A stretch of 63,162 nucleotides of DNA, the filler included, from Olpidium bornovanus S191 (lineage: Eukaryota > Fungi > Olpidiomycota), in assembly GCA_017911155.1 (NCBI GenBank). It is 27 parts of 27 records of this genome, joined end to end, with 100 filler letters (N's around TTAATTAATTAA, not from the genome) between each part and the next. Parts side by side here need not be neighbours in the genome. Positions count along the whole stretch, not along the records: positions 35,493 to 40,445 come from JAEFCI010007562.1; positions 40,546 to 41,595 come from JAEFCI010009416.1; positions 41,696 to 43,059 come from JAEFCI010011619.1; positions 43,160 to 44,235 come from JAEFCI010010920.1; positions 44,336 to 46,093 come from JAEFCI010010677.1; positions 46,194 to 47,861 come from JAEFCI010011092.1; positions 47,962 to 50,216 come from JAEFCI010005145.1; positions 50,317 to 52,575 come from JAEFCI010011777.1; 19 more parts are not named here. One strand, written 5' to 3'. Below are positions 39,370 through 51,432 of the stretch, piece by piece; the stretch's first letter is position 1; each line of letters begins with the position of its first letter. Below the pieces are notes generated by a model. The model did no database searches. It saw only the letters and a list, made by a program, of their open reading frames with translations, and had not been told where the DNA came from. Made by a program: the position numbers and the translations under genes.

Positions 39370-40370
39370 CATCACATATGCGCAGCAAAGCTGCGGTCCG
39401 CTCCGTCGGCGACTGACGTCAACGACAAGGTTATAGAACTGTCGCATTTTAATTGCAACCGCCGCGTTATCGCCGAAAAAAATGGCGTCATCATCCTGAG
39501 AAACACCGAATTTCCATTAGGACAGCATTCCGGTCCTGAGAAGAGCAAGTCGTGCACGCAAATCACACAAGTTGACAAATTTCACCATATATCATGAACT
39601 CCCTTCTGCAGTGCGGCCCAAAGTAAACAGTTGACGTTCTTCTTTCGTGAAGTGTAAGGAAATCTCTGTTGATCTTTCAATGGCGCTTTTTAAATGCAAT
39701 CAACTTTTCGCTGTCCGCTTTGCAGTGAGCCCATCAGATTCGTAATTTGGAATCCCGATTTTGATTGACGCCATTTGACATAACACCCCACCAGCTAACC
39801 TTTATTCCTACCAACGTGACAAAGTCATGGTGGCCGGTTCGTGGAACACGACGACCGAGCGCTGCTTAGAAATCGGGCAACGTCATTTTGTTCTCGGAGC
39901 AGGCGCGTGCGGCCGCGGCAACAATAACGGCCTGTTGAACCTGCTTCTCCACGCTTAAAAACCAAGGAATTCGCTGATATTAGCGGCAAAATTGCGCTTT
40001 GACCCGGGAAAGTGAAACCGGTCAAGTCAACGCTTTGGCACCCGCAAAAACAGTCGAAGCAGCAGTCGCATACGTTTTCCGGTTTCTTCCGCAAAATCAT
40101 TTGTTGTAAAACCTCTGCCGCCCTACTCATCTGGCTGCTCAGGCGTTCACCCCTCGTGATAAAAGATGCCTCCATTTCGGCCTTTCCTCAAGTCGGTCAA
40201 CAGCGCCGTCGTTTCCGATAAGCTCCGCTCCTTTTCCGCCACAACAGGGTAGGGTGGCCAATTGATTCTTTCGTTGAAAGCACTCCCGTCCTCGGACGGC
40301 CATGGCGAACCGCGAGACCAACTACCAACGGAGAACGTGGGGCCGACTGATCTGTTAAAAGGACGTTCTC
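39370..40370 (-). CDS. Probable spliced gene of unknown product
   Basis: AG/GT-bounded open segments such as ERINWPPYPVVAEKERSLSETTALLTDL and AAEVLQQMILRKKPEN|gtatgc. No family recognised. Confidence 0.3.
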
Positions 40371-40785
40371 ACGACGCGTTCAAAAAGCTCCCCGGCCGCC
40401 CACTCCATCCTCCACCCCCGGCCTGTTCCCCCCCCCCCCCCCCCCNNNNNNNNNNNNNNNNNNNNNNNNNNNNNNNNNNNNNNNNNNNNTTAATTAATTA
40501 ANNNNNNNNNNNNNNNNNNNNNNNNNNNNNNNNNNNNNNNNNNNNCCCCCCCCCTCCCCCGCCCGAGCAAAGGCACGGAAATAAAAGCCCCGACAGAGTA
40601 AATGAAGTGATCTTTACATTATATATTCTTGTGATCCTGCGCCTGTCAAAAAGCAAAAATATCGCGATCGCGACCAAAAAAAAAAATCGCAATCGCGATC
40701 GGTCGTGATCCCGACCGTGATCCGGGCCGGTATCCGGATCGTGATCCTAATAGTGATCCTGGCCGCGATCGCAATTTTTTTTACC

Positions 40786-41020
40786 GTTTGCCGCACAGGA
40801 TCGACGAACTTCTCAGAACCTACCGGACCTAACGCGACGGACGTTTTTCTCGGTTGGGGACGCCCAGCGCCATTCTTGTCGGCTTTGACCTCGAAGGGAC
40901 CGTCAATCACCGCGAACGTCAGGCGGGCGCGGTCCCGAATACTAGCCCTCGACGGTCTATCCTGTGGAAGAAGAATTTTTTTTTCCTTTTCTCCACAGAG
41001 TACCATACAAGTCGCAAACG

Positions 41021-41054
<34 letters not shown>

Positions 41055-41300
41055 CCCCCTTGCTGTCGAAGGAAGGACGAAGGGATGCGTGCGGGCGACG
41101 CGCGCGCGCGCGCCGCAAGAAGCGCGATGACGGTTTCGGGCTGCCCCTTTTAATAAAAAAAATGGGAATCCCCACCGAGCTGGAAAGTCTCCAAACGCAT
41201 TTCGGGGCGCAGCGCCAGGGGGGTTTGTCGCTGTCGCGGCCGCGAAAAGCGATATATCGAAAGGGACAATCGCGGCCGGATGACCCGGCCTGATTCGCAC
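40786..41300 (-). CDS. Probable exons of unknown product
   Basis: HPAAIVPFDISLFAAA...GDFPAR|gtgggg and IRDRARLTFAVIDGPFEVKADKNG...VRQT|gtaaaa. Confidence 0.3.
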
Positions 41301-41695
41301 GCCGTCTCATTGTCGTCGTCCGGTAGTTCCCCCCCCCCACCACGCCCACGACATCGCGCGCACCCGCCATCGCCAACGACACAGCTGCGCAGAACCAGCC
41401 CATGCGCGGTTCTGCACGGAGGAATTCTCGCGTACTCCCCCCTCTTCCCTTTTGAAGCGAAAACGGCCCACTGCCCTCGCGCGATTAGCCGCACCTTCTC
41501 CTACGAACCACAACGCCCCCCAACAGGACACCTTGCTCGGCCCGGCGTCGTTGAGACGAAACCTCCTATTTATTTTGTTCCGGCAGCGAGAGAACNNNNN
41601 NNNNNNNNNNNNNNNNNNNNNNNNNNNNNNNNNNNNNNNTTAATTAATTAANNNNNNNNNNNNNNNNNNNNNNNNNNNNNNNNNNNNNNNNNNNN

Positions 41696-42967
41696 CATGA
41701 ATGACCAGCTGGCCGCCGGCGACCTCCTCTGGGTCGAAAGTCCGCAAAACCCCACCGGGATGATTTACGGTGAATATGACGCCACGAGAGCAGGGTTTTC
41801 AAATAAGAGTTCTGTTAACTGAGGAATCGGTGTCACTATTCTGCGCAGACATTGCGGCCTACGCGGAAAAGGCGCGTGCTTGCGGAGCAATCTTTGTCGT
41901 CGATGCGACGTTCGCACCGCCGCCTCTTCAAAAGTGTTTGAATCTCGGTCGGAAGAAAAATTTACGTTTTGCTGGAAAATGGAATTAGGCCCGGAAGAAC
42001 AGATAACCTTACGGCCTATACTGTATTTTTCTTTCCCTTTTCTTTTGTCACGGCGCGGTTTGTCTAGGAGCTCATGCCGTTTTCCATTCATGTTCCAAAT
42101 ACATGGGTGGTCATTCGGACCTTCTCGGCGGTGTTTTGGTATGTTTTGCGTTTCTTCCTTGCGGACAATTGGGAGTTGAGGCAATTTTTTTGCACCTCTC
42201 ATGTGGCTGTCTCCTGTGCAGATTTTTCCGACCGAGAAAGAGGCTGGGGAGGTGTTTACTATTTGTATTCCGGGCGTATTTTCTGTCCGGTTGTTTCCTT
42301 CAACTGACTTTGTATCCGTCGCTTCTAGCTCAAAAAACAAAGAGCTGCCCTCGGTTCTACGATGGGAAACATGGAATCGTGGCTCCTTCTGAGGAGTTTA
42401 AGGTTTGACTCAACCGGCGGTGATTCCGCGTCGCGCCTTTTCGTTTTCAGCGATGTCCAGGCGGCAGCGGTGTTCCGCCATGGTGACGCGGGTCTTTACG
42501 ATTTGTTCCGTCGCGCACTAGGACGTTGGGTCTCCGGGTGTCGCAGCAGTCGCAGACTGCGACAGAGCTTGCAGAATGGCTGCACGCGGCTGCTGCTTCT
42601 AGTGCAGATTTTGACGGCATCCCCGCAGGGGCGGTGGTGCAAGTGATGCACGCTTCGGTTCAAATGACTTCGTTCGACAAACGCAAGCAGATGCCTGGTG
42701 GATACGGAGCCGTGTTTGCGGTGCTGGTCGGTCGCTAGCTTCCCCCCCCCCCCCTCCTAATTTGGGCGCGCGGGTGGCCGGCGGGCGTGCAATCTAAATC
42801 GAGTGCGCGATTGGCTATCGGAAACTCCCCCCCCCCCACCCCCTTCCTTCCCCGTATTTCCCCACCCGGCTGATGGCTTCCCAAAGCTGTCCAACCCTAC
42901 CTTTGCCAGGGCCGTTGCCGACCGCCTCAAGCTGTTCACACATGCCACCAGTCTTGGCGGCGTCGAG
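41696..42967 (+). CDS. Cys/Met-metabolism PLP enzyme (cystathionine gamma-synthase/lyase family, YHR112C-like), partial
   Basis: LLWVESPQNPTG, VVDATFAPPPLQ, HSCSKYMGGHSDLLGGVL (PLP lysine), ESWLLLRSLRTLGLRV, LFTHATSLGGVE. Confidence 0.9.
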
Positions 42968-43425
42968 GTGAGTCGGATGCGGTTTTGTCTCCGGAGTCTT
43001 CAGACGCGGACATTGACACGCTCGCCGTTTTCACATTCGTGCTCGTCGGACAAAAAGTCNNNNNNNNNNNNNNNNNNNNNNNNNNNNNNNNNNNNNNNNN
43101 NNNTTAATTAATTAANNNNNNNNNNNNNNNNNNNNNNNNNNNNNNNNNNNNNNNNNNNNCCCCCGGGTTCGGGGGCCGTCCTTCCCTCGATCCCACCGCC
43201 ACCTCCGCCCTTCGCCCTGCGCCCTTCGCTCTTTGCCCTGCGCCCTTCGCCCGCCGCCCCCTCGCCCGCCGCCCCTCGCCAGCCGCCCGCCTTCCGTGGC
43301 GTCGGTCAAGGGCTGCGGTTCGAGGGCCGTGCTACAGCACACCCTGAATGTTTGTATATGTAGTGTAGTTTCCTTCTTTTCTCAATAAACGCGTTCGCCT
43401 CAACGGCGAGAAAACCAAACAGCAT

Positions 43426-43487
43426 GGGCGCACCGAGCGTGCTGGCCCCCCTGCGTGGGCACACCGAGCGTGTGGGCCCCCTTGCGT
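43426..43487. repeat. Two 31-bp tandem units, plus a 14-bp-period array at 43206-43280
   Basis: gggcgcaccgagcgtgctggcccccctgcgt / gggcacaccgagcgtgtgggcccccttgcgt; cgccc(t/c)tcgccc(tg/gc) units upstream. Confidence 0.8.
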
Positions 43488-44335
43488 GGGTTGCCACGAG
43501 CCGGGGGGCCTTGCCACACCAGATGGGAAGACGGTGTGGGCCCGCACCACGCAGCACAGTGTGTGCGCTTGTGTGAGGCGTCGCACGCCCGGTGCTCGGC
43601 CGGAGCGGAAAGGCGCCGTACGCCGGATATCGTCTGGTGCAGACGAATGTGCGCAACGGCGAAGAGCGCGCGCTGCGACAACCGGACTGGATCATCGAAT
43701 GGTAACTGTCAGTTCACGGCAAGCAGGAGGGCGAGCGAAAGCGAGAAAGAGGAAAGAGGCTGGGAGGCCGGAGGGTTTCGGCTCAGCGAAAGCTTGGTTT
43801 ACCTTCAAGGTGGTGTCAGCACAACAATCACACCCCACCTGTTGGAAAAAAGGTGTAAAATAAAATGGGATGCTGAGCAGCGGGTACACTGCGCACACCA
43901 GCCCTTGTTGTACCCCTGTAGAATCCATAGAAGATCTCCACCATATAAAACAGGCACTTCGCCGAGCTATAGAGAAGCGACGTCACAAATGCAGTTTTCC
44001 TCTTCCCTTCATATTCTTAGCTCACCACATCTCCGTCTGTGGGTCCTCGAATACTCTCGGCTCTACTTTTACAACACCACTGGCCCCGTCCTACCCCCCG
44101 CCTGATTGGTGTCGCATGACGCGTTAATTGAAAAGCGTTCTTCCCCAACTGCCAAGTTTTTGTGGAATGCGCACTGGTCCAGCCTCCTGCCAAGTCCTCG
44201 AAAGTGACCCCCGGAAGTTGCGCGGATTAGTAAGGNNNNNNNNNNNNNNNNNNNNNNNNNNNNNNNNNNNNNNNNNNNNTTAATTAATTAANNNNNNNNN
44301 NNNNNNNNNNNNNNNNNNNNNNNNNNNNNNNNNNN

Positions 44336-45575
44336 CATGACTGCGGCTGCAAAGCACCTGACGCCCGTCACTTTGGAGCTCGGCGGGAAGTCCCCTTGCT
44401 TTGTCGACAAAGATTCAGACCTAGAGCTGGCCGCGAGACGCATTGCCTGGGGAAAATGTGTCAACGCGGGTCAAACGTAGGCAACCGCGTGCAAATAGGC
44501 TCGATTTTGGCAGGGCTTTGACTAAGCCTTGCTTTGGTGTCTTGCAAAGGTGCGTAGCCCCGGATTACGTTCTCTGTCATCCATCTATCACGAAGAACCT
44601 TCTCACGGAACTTCGACGATCGGTGACAAGCCTGTTCGGCGACGACCCGCACGTGTCCGGGCGCTTCGCTCACATCGTCAACGAGCACCACTACGAACGC
44701 CTGCTTTCCATCTTCAATTCGCAACTGTCGTCTGTTTCTATCACGGCCGATGTGGTCCAAGTTGGCGACCCGAACAAGCACGACCTGTTCTTTCCGTTCG
44801 CCGCTTTCAAGGTCCACGGAAACGCGGCTGACGGCTTCGAAAGCGTCGCGAGGGAGAACCCTGCTATGCGCGATGAGAATTTTGGTCCCATCCTTCCAAT
44901 CGTCGAGGTGGAACGGGTGGAGGACGGCATCGACTTCGTGAACTCTGGGTAAATGTGCACAGGGCCAACCTGGGGGTTTGGCTGCCCGACCACCGCTGAC
45001 GAGTCTTCCTCGGCCCAACGGGTCTCCTCCAGGCCCACCCCTCTTGCGCTTTACGTGTTCTCCGGCAACCCGTCGTCGAAGTTCGTCAGAACAATCCTGG
45101 ATCGGACGAACTCGGGTGGCGTATGCGTGAACGACACCCTCATGCACTTGGCAGGTGAGCTCGCGTTCGTATTGAGTTCATTTGAGTTATCCGGCTCACA
45201 ACCTGCTCGTCTCCGCCGCCCGTTCGGACACGTCGAAAACGGTTGCCAGTCCCCGGCCTCCCGTTTGGCGGGGTGGGGCCCTCGGGCATGGGACGTTACC
45301 GCGGGAAACACGGGTTCGACGCATTCTCGCACGACCGGGCGGTGCTCGTCCGGAGCCAGTCGCGGCTAGTCGAGGCGGCGATGAAACTGCGCTATGCGCC
45401 CTACACGGACAGGCGCACAGACCTGGTCAAGTGGCTTGTGTTCGGGATCCGGAACACCGAGTTGTCGTGGTTCGGCAGGGTTGTCACCCGGTACTGGTGG
45501 TCTGTGCTGAAATCGACTGTCGTTGCCGCGGCGTATGTCGCTGTCGGCGTGACGATTGGCCGGCGCTTGGCGTAG
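44336..45575 (+). CDS. HFD1: Fatty aldehyde dehydrogenase (ALDH3/Hfd1 family), C-terminal part
   Basis: TLELGGKSP (catalytic Glu), [13 protein letters not shown] (catalytic Cys), [32 protein letters not shown], and a C-terminal hydrophobic anchor. Stop TAG at 45573-45575. Confidence 0.93.
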
Positions 45576-45862
45576 AGAAGAAGTACGCTTCTCGGGTTTA
45601 TTTCGTTCGTGACGCCTGGGCAGCGCGTGTTGGCAGCAGTTGGCCTTTTCTTTCCCCCCCCTCCCGTCCATCTCCCCAATCGTCTCCTTGCTCACCCGTC
45701 GGCGCCGGCCAGCAGAAAACTAAAACTGGCTTGGGGGCAAGACCCGAGTTTTTTCCATTTCTCGCAAATACAAACTCGCGGCTTGTCGCGTTAGCAGCCC
45801 AATCACGATTCTTCTTCCCCCCAAAACCCAACCGCATTTTACACGCAAAATACACTTAAGGT

Positions 45863-46043
45863 AGCCAGTTGCGACTAGTCGAGGTGGTAATGAGACTGCG
45901 CTACGTGTTGTACATGGACGGGCGCACATGGTCGAGTTGTTTGTGTTTGGGATTTGGAATACCGAGCGGTTTCATGGTTCGGCAGGGTCGTCGCCCTGTA
46001 CTGGTTGGCCGAGCTTGAATCGATGTCTGCTGCCGCGGCATAC
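45863..46043 (+). pseudogene. Degenerate partial copy of the ALDH last exon (45354-45536)
   Basis: Direct alignment shows about 80% identity over the first 66 nt, a 4-nt deletion (GACC) and a further frameshift downstream. Confidence 0.88.
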
Positions 46044-46193
46044 TCTTTGTTTTATTATGGTGGTTTCGGAGGACGGAGGCGGGGAATAAGACGNNNNNNN
46101 NNNNNNNNNNNNNNNNNNNNNNNNNNNNNNNNNNNNNTTAATTAATTAANNNNNNNNNNNNNNNNNNNNNNNNNNNNNNNNNNNNNNNNNNNN

Positions 46194-46661
46194 CATGAGG
46201 TCCTCGTAGGGGGTTCTGCAAGCGGACGTTCAAGCCGCTAGTTAGCCGCGCCAACCCCCCCCCCACCCCACTCCCTCCGAGAAAAACGGGTCGCCCTACC
46301 CTCCCCAGTTCCTCGCAATGCTGTCGGTCAGCTTCTGACCATACGAGGTTGAGCCGGCGGGGTTGATCGCTGCCGGGCGAAAGTAAGGCCGGGCCCGTGA
46401 GGACCCAAAACAAAAGTATGAAACATCTCGCGCCCAAACGGCAGCGCGCGCCCTCACCGATGGTGATGTATCCGGCGGCCGCGAAGATCTGGGGGTTCCA
46501 CCGGACGCTCCAACTGTCCATCCACGCCGACTGCGGACCGCCTGCATCACCGAGAACGGGTCAACCAACGGAACCGTTTCCCCGGTTTAGCAGACCTGCC
46601 ACTAGCCCCCATCCACCCCCTTTCTCCCCAGTTTCCCGCAAAATGGCGTCCTCCTTTCCCC

Positions 46662-46695
<34 letters not shown>

Positions 46696-47861
46696 CCCCC
46701 CCCCCCGCGCAACCGTTTCACACCGTGAATGAGGAACGCGAGCGGCAGTTTGCCGTCTTCGGCGGCGGCGGACGTCTCGGGCGCCAGCACCCATCCGTGA
46801 ATGTCCTGGTGCTTCGTCGCGCCCCGGAACCAGAAGTCTTGGGGCCTGACCAGGCCCTCGACGTCGTCCATGCGCTTGCGGGTGACGAACGTCCGCCGGC
46901 GGGCGTCCTGCGTCCCGGCCTGCATGGTGAACAGCTCGGGGGGGCTCGTCAGGTCGTGGTAGATGTACACCAGGACGCGCGCGCCGGGCGGGGCCGAGGC
47001 GGACGCGTCGGGGGCGAACTGGAGGTCCGCCGCTGTGCCGGAGGCCGTGAGCTCGCGCGGCCGCCGCCAGGGCGTCGCGGACCCGGGCTCCGCGGTCGCG
47101 ACGAAGATCTTCTCCCTCCCGACGTCGGGGACCGTCATGTAGATCTCGGAGCTGTCCGGAGAGAACACGATCGACGTCGGGCTGCGGTCCCACTTCGGCA
47201 GCACGTAGCGGCGCGACGCGGCCTGCCGGTCGTACAGCACGATGCGGCGGCGGTCGTTCTCGTAGCCGGGAACCTGGGAGTTCGGGGGGGAGGGGGGGGG
47301 CCCGCGTCAGGGCGCCGCCTCGCGGCCAACTCTCCATGTCGGTTTCTACGACAAGCCTCACCTCCATTTGCAGCCAGGCCACCCAGCGGCCGTCAGGGGA
47401 ATACACGGGGCGGGAGCAAGCGCCCCGGTTCGATTTGGTCAGCGAAACGGGAACGGGGATTTCGCCCTCCCATTCCGACGACCTGGTGGAAACAATCCAT
47501 ATCTTGGTGTCGGTGGACCATGCTTCGTCCTGTGCGAAAGCATCGTTACTGGCGGGCGCCGGGGCGATAAGGGCAGAGATCACAGGGAAAAAAAATAAAA
47601 TGCACATCCCACCTTCCTGAGCGGAGGCTTTGCAAGGAATACCATTTCCTGGCCGTCGGGGGAGAAGGAAAAGTCATCGGCGCCGCCGAATGGTGGAACG
47701 GGCGATTCCTAATTTCGGAGTTTCGCCCGTCAGCGAAGATGTCGACAAACAAGAACGAAAGCAAAATTTCACCTGCATCTCAAAGTTGCGAGGGCAAAAT
47801 GTTGACGCTCTACATTCCTCCCCCCCCTCCCCACCCCACCAACCGACCAAGCCTTTCATGC
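46194..47861 (-). CDS. DPP5: Dipeptidyl-peptidase 5 / S9 prolyl oligopeptidase, internal part
   Basis: [101 protein letters not shown]. Confidence 0.9.
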
Positions 47862-48646
47862 NNNNNNNNNNNNNNNNNNNNNNNNNNNNNNNNNNNNNNN
47901 NNNNNTTAATTAATTAANNNNNNNNNNNNNNNNNNNNNNNNNNNNNNNNNNNNNNNNNNNNAATACGTCCCGCCGGACAAGACGCGTCAAATCGAGTAGG
48001 CGAGGCCCCGTCGAAAATGGGGGTCACTTTGTCAGATACTTTTCCCCGCTTTACACCGTGAAACCGCGGACGTGGAATCATGCGTGGAGAAACCATTGTC
48101 TGATTGACTGCAGCTGAAGCGTGTAACATAACTTCGAGTAACGGCGGAAAAACCATGGAACAACCCGCAGCTGCAGCTTTTCACACTTTCCATTTTAGCC
48201 GCCGGCCCAAGAAGCAGCTTTAGTTCTCTCTTTGGCAGGCAGTTCTGGAAAAATGGAACTGAAATTTCTAACGCTGGGATTTGGCTACGATCAAACCCCC
48301 CCCCCCCCCCCCCTTTCCCTCCTCCTTCGGCTTTCTAAGGTCCGTCTAGGAACCATCTTGGCGCTTCTGGACTACTTGAGTCAAAGCAAACCGCGACTCT
48401 GGGTCGTCGTGACGTTAAGTCCCTGTGCGGACGGTTGACAACGGAATCTCTTCACGTCAACAAACAAAAAAAATAACATCGACGTGAGCACGTGTGGTAC
48501 ACGACCGGGGACCCCAAATTTAGATGAGAAAAGCGGGAAAATCAAAGAAAAAAACGGAATAAATAGCGAGGGGGGGTGGGGGGGGGGGGGCAAAAAAGAA
48601 AAAAAAATTGTGCTGCTGTTTGGCCGGGTATTTTGAATAATTGGCT

Positions 48647-50216
48647 TTATCGATCCAGTCCGGGACGCCTCCAAAACCGGACGTTCCCGCGGCGGCAGGC
48701 GGTGATGACGCCGTCCTCTCTGAAAATGATGGAAGTGAGTGGGTCGGCGTGGATCGGGACTGCCTGGTTTGCGCAGTTGATCGTCGGAGGTGACACAAGT
48801 AGCCCGGGACGAAGGGGGGTGGCGGGGGGGGGAGTTGAAAAAAGTCAGAAGTGTTGAATTTCAATAGGGAACAGAAGAAAAAAAAAAGCCGCGTATACGG
48901 ATCAAACACTTGATTTACACTGAACTCACCACGACCGGAAACAGCATCGGCACTAACCGTCGAGGAAGTGCTGGGTGGAACAGGCCGTTCGCGTCGGGGT
49001 CTCGGAAGTTGCCGGCACTGGCGACTGGGATGACGTTCCTGTTCCGGAAATTGGAGCCGGCGCCCAGGGACGCCACCGACCCGGCTCGGGGCCGCTGGCC
49101 GACGGTCGTCTGGCAAACGGCGAAGCAAAAGTGAAAATGAGTCGCAAAGGCTTTTGGCTCGTCCTCAAACTCGCTGCTTGCCGGGCAGAGTGTGTAAGCC
49201 CGCGCAAATCGGGGAAAACGTCTCCGTACTTTCGGCCTGCTCAGACTCCCGACGCCGAAATCCCAAAGGCAGAGCTGCGTGTCTTCTCCCACGCTGCCGA
49301 ACCTGTAGTTGGAATCGTCGCACCGCCAGGAGTCGAAAGCCACGCCCGTCACCCACGACCTGTGGCCTTGACAGCGCGCGATGATCCGCCGTTCCCGGAA
49401 AGCCCACATCGTCACTAGGTCATCTTGGCCGGCCGCCTTTTTGCATTCAGGAGTGAACTCAAAGATGAGCTGCTCCACGCGTTGACAACGCCGCGCCGCG
49501 GTACGGCAGCAAATCGGTAATAGAAAGAGAAACTCGTTCCAGGTTCACTTCCCGACTGTTTCACACCGACCAGAATGTATTTCCCGTCAGGGCTCCAGCA
49601 GACGCAGCTGAGTCCGCCAAAGTACGATGCGTAGGTGTCACGCAGTCTGTCAAACACATCGCAAACGTTAGTACATAGTCCCTGCAGTACGCAAAAACGG
49701 CCTCCCTCGTGGGTCCCCAGGTCTACTAACACGTCGTTCACAAAGTCGACAATGCGCAGACATCCATCAACGCCGACGATGGCTACATGCTCGCAGTCCG
49801 GGGAGAACGCCAACGCCTTTACAGCCTTCCCACCGCCGACCTGGTAATGCGAGACCGGATTACGTCTCGACGGGTGCTTCGAAGATTTCGCGACAACGAA
49901 GCTGCGTAGAGTGCCCGTCCGCCCTGAAACATCAGGTACCGACTGATAAAACCCTGCGGTCCGAGGGCAACGGTCTTGCCCTCGGTGCACCAATCCCCAT
50001 GGCGGTCCACGGCACACACAATCCTCGTTCCTTCAATATTCCGTCCTCACTCACTGCGGATCTTCCTCCGGCGCCGCGCGACGGTCTGGGGGCTGCTTAT
50101 TCCAAGCGTTTTCGGCGCCCTCCTTCTCCTTCCCCTTTTCCTTAGCCTTCTCGTAGGGCTGGATGTCCCTTTCACGGTCGTACACCTGTACACTGCCGTC
50201 CGCGCAAGCGGCCATG
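48647..50216 (-). CDS. creC: WD40 protein CreC / WDR20-DMWD family, 5' truncated
   Basis: MAACADGSVQVYDRE, NPVSHYQV, LAFSPD, SYFGGLSCVCWSPDGKYIL, GQDDLVTMW, CQGHRSWVTGVAFD, YRFGSVGEDTQLCLWDF, and C-terminal CRRGNVRFWRRP. Confidence 0.92.
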
Positions 50217-50316
50217 NNNNNNNNNNNNNNNNNNNNNNNNNNNNNNNNNNNNNNNNNNNNTTAATTAATTAANNNNNNNNNNNNNNNNNNNNNNNNNNNN
50301 NNNNNNNNNNNNNNNN

Positions 50317-51432
50317 ACAACGTGACGGTCTTGTGCCATAGCTTGTAGCCGCTGAGGACACCAGACAGCCAGCCACAGCATATTTGCCACCCGTCGGACC
50401 CTTTAAGGTTAAAAACGTCCCAGCTGCAAGGATCATGGAAGAACGGGATCAAACGGCGGCTTTAAATTTGCGGATCGCGGTCCTGTAGCTTGCTTCAGGC
50501 GTAATATCCCACCTGCAAAAAATCCCGTCCATTATAAACTTGAGCAAAGTTATTCGCAGCCAGTAGCGCCTGTCCTTCAACTTCCGAAGCTCCAGGTAGT
50601 CCAAGGTAGCGTCGTCGGGCCGGTCGGGCTTGCAGCCATCCCTGACACCGTCCGACTGGAGGGCGGCCCTGCGCATGAAAGCGCGGTAGCTTTTCTCAGC
50701 GGAGATGAGGTCGTCAGCAGTGGATACAGTGTCGACAACGATCCCGGCGAGCCAGAGCCTGTTCGCCAATTTGTCCGCAGGTTTTATCAGGCTCTTACTC
50801 AACGCCCCGATTTTGGCGAGGCTGTAAACGTCGTCGGCAAGGTCGTTGAGGACGCCGACAACGGCGCCGAAGAAAGCTAGCCTGTACATAAAGTGGTCCT
50901 TGATCGGTCTACCGGACGCTGGCGGGACAGCCTTCCCGGTCAGAAAGTCGGCGAGGTCGGACGCAGGCTCTACAACATGGGCGAGCCGGATCATCTTGCG
51001 CGTCGTCGACAAAGTCGATACGAGCGCAGCCAGCCTGGGTGCGGAAACCGGGTGGCTCTTCTTGTCGTAGAGCCAGAGCCAGAGCAGCATCTTCCCGCTG
51101 TACTGGACGAATTTCATCGCTTTGTCCCTCCCGTCCGTGAGTGCGATGATCTTGCGCACAACCTTCAGCATCTTCGGGTCCAACAGCGGCGGCAGGGATC
51201 TGAGCATGGATGCCGAGGAAGCTTTCGGCCTGCCGGGCGGGCGCGGTTCCGGCTTCCCGTTAGCCGCCAAGGGCGGGGCCTCGCCGGCGCTGGCGCTGGC
51301 GCTGTCCGAGACGCCGCCCGTCGTTACGGACATTGAGGCCCTGCTGCGTGGAGTGAGCTGTGGCGCTGGTGCTGCTGACGCTGTTGTCGCTGGAGGTGCT
51401 GGTGCTGGTGCTGCTCCGCCGTTCGCGGCCAT
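50317..51432 (-). CDS. PEX11: Peroxin Pex11 family protein with Ala/Pro-rich N-terminal extension (stop just beyond contig end)
   Basis: TDGRDKAMKFVQY, LSTTRKMIRL, LNDLADDVYSL, ANRLWL; final exon WDVF...GWLSGVLSGYKLW. Confidence 0.88.
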
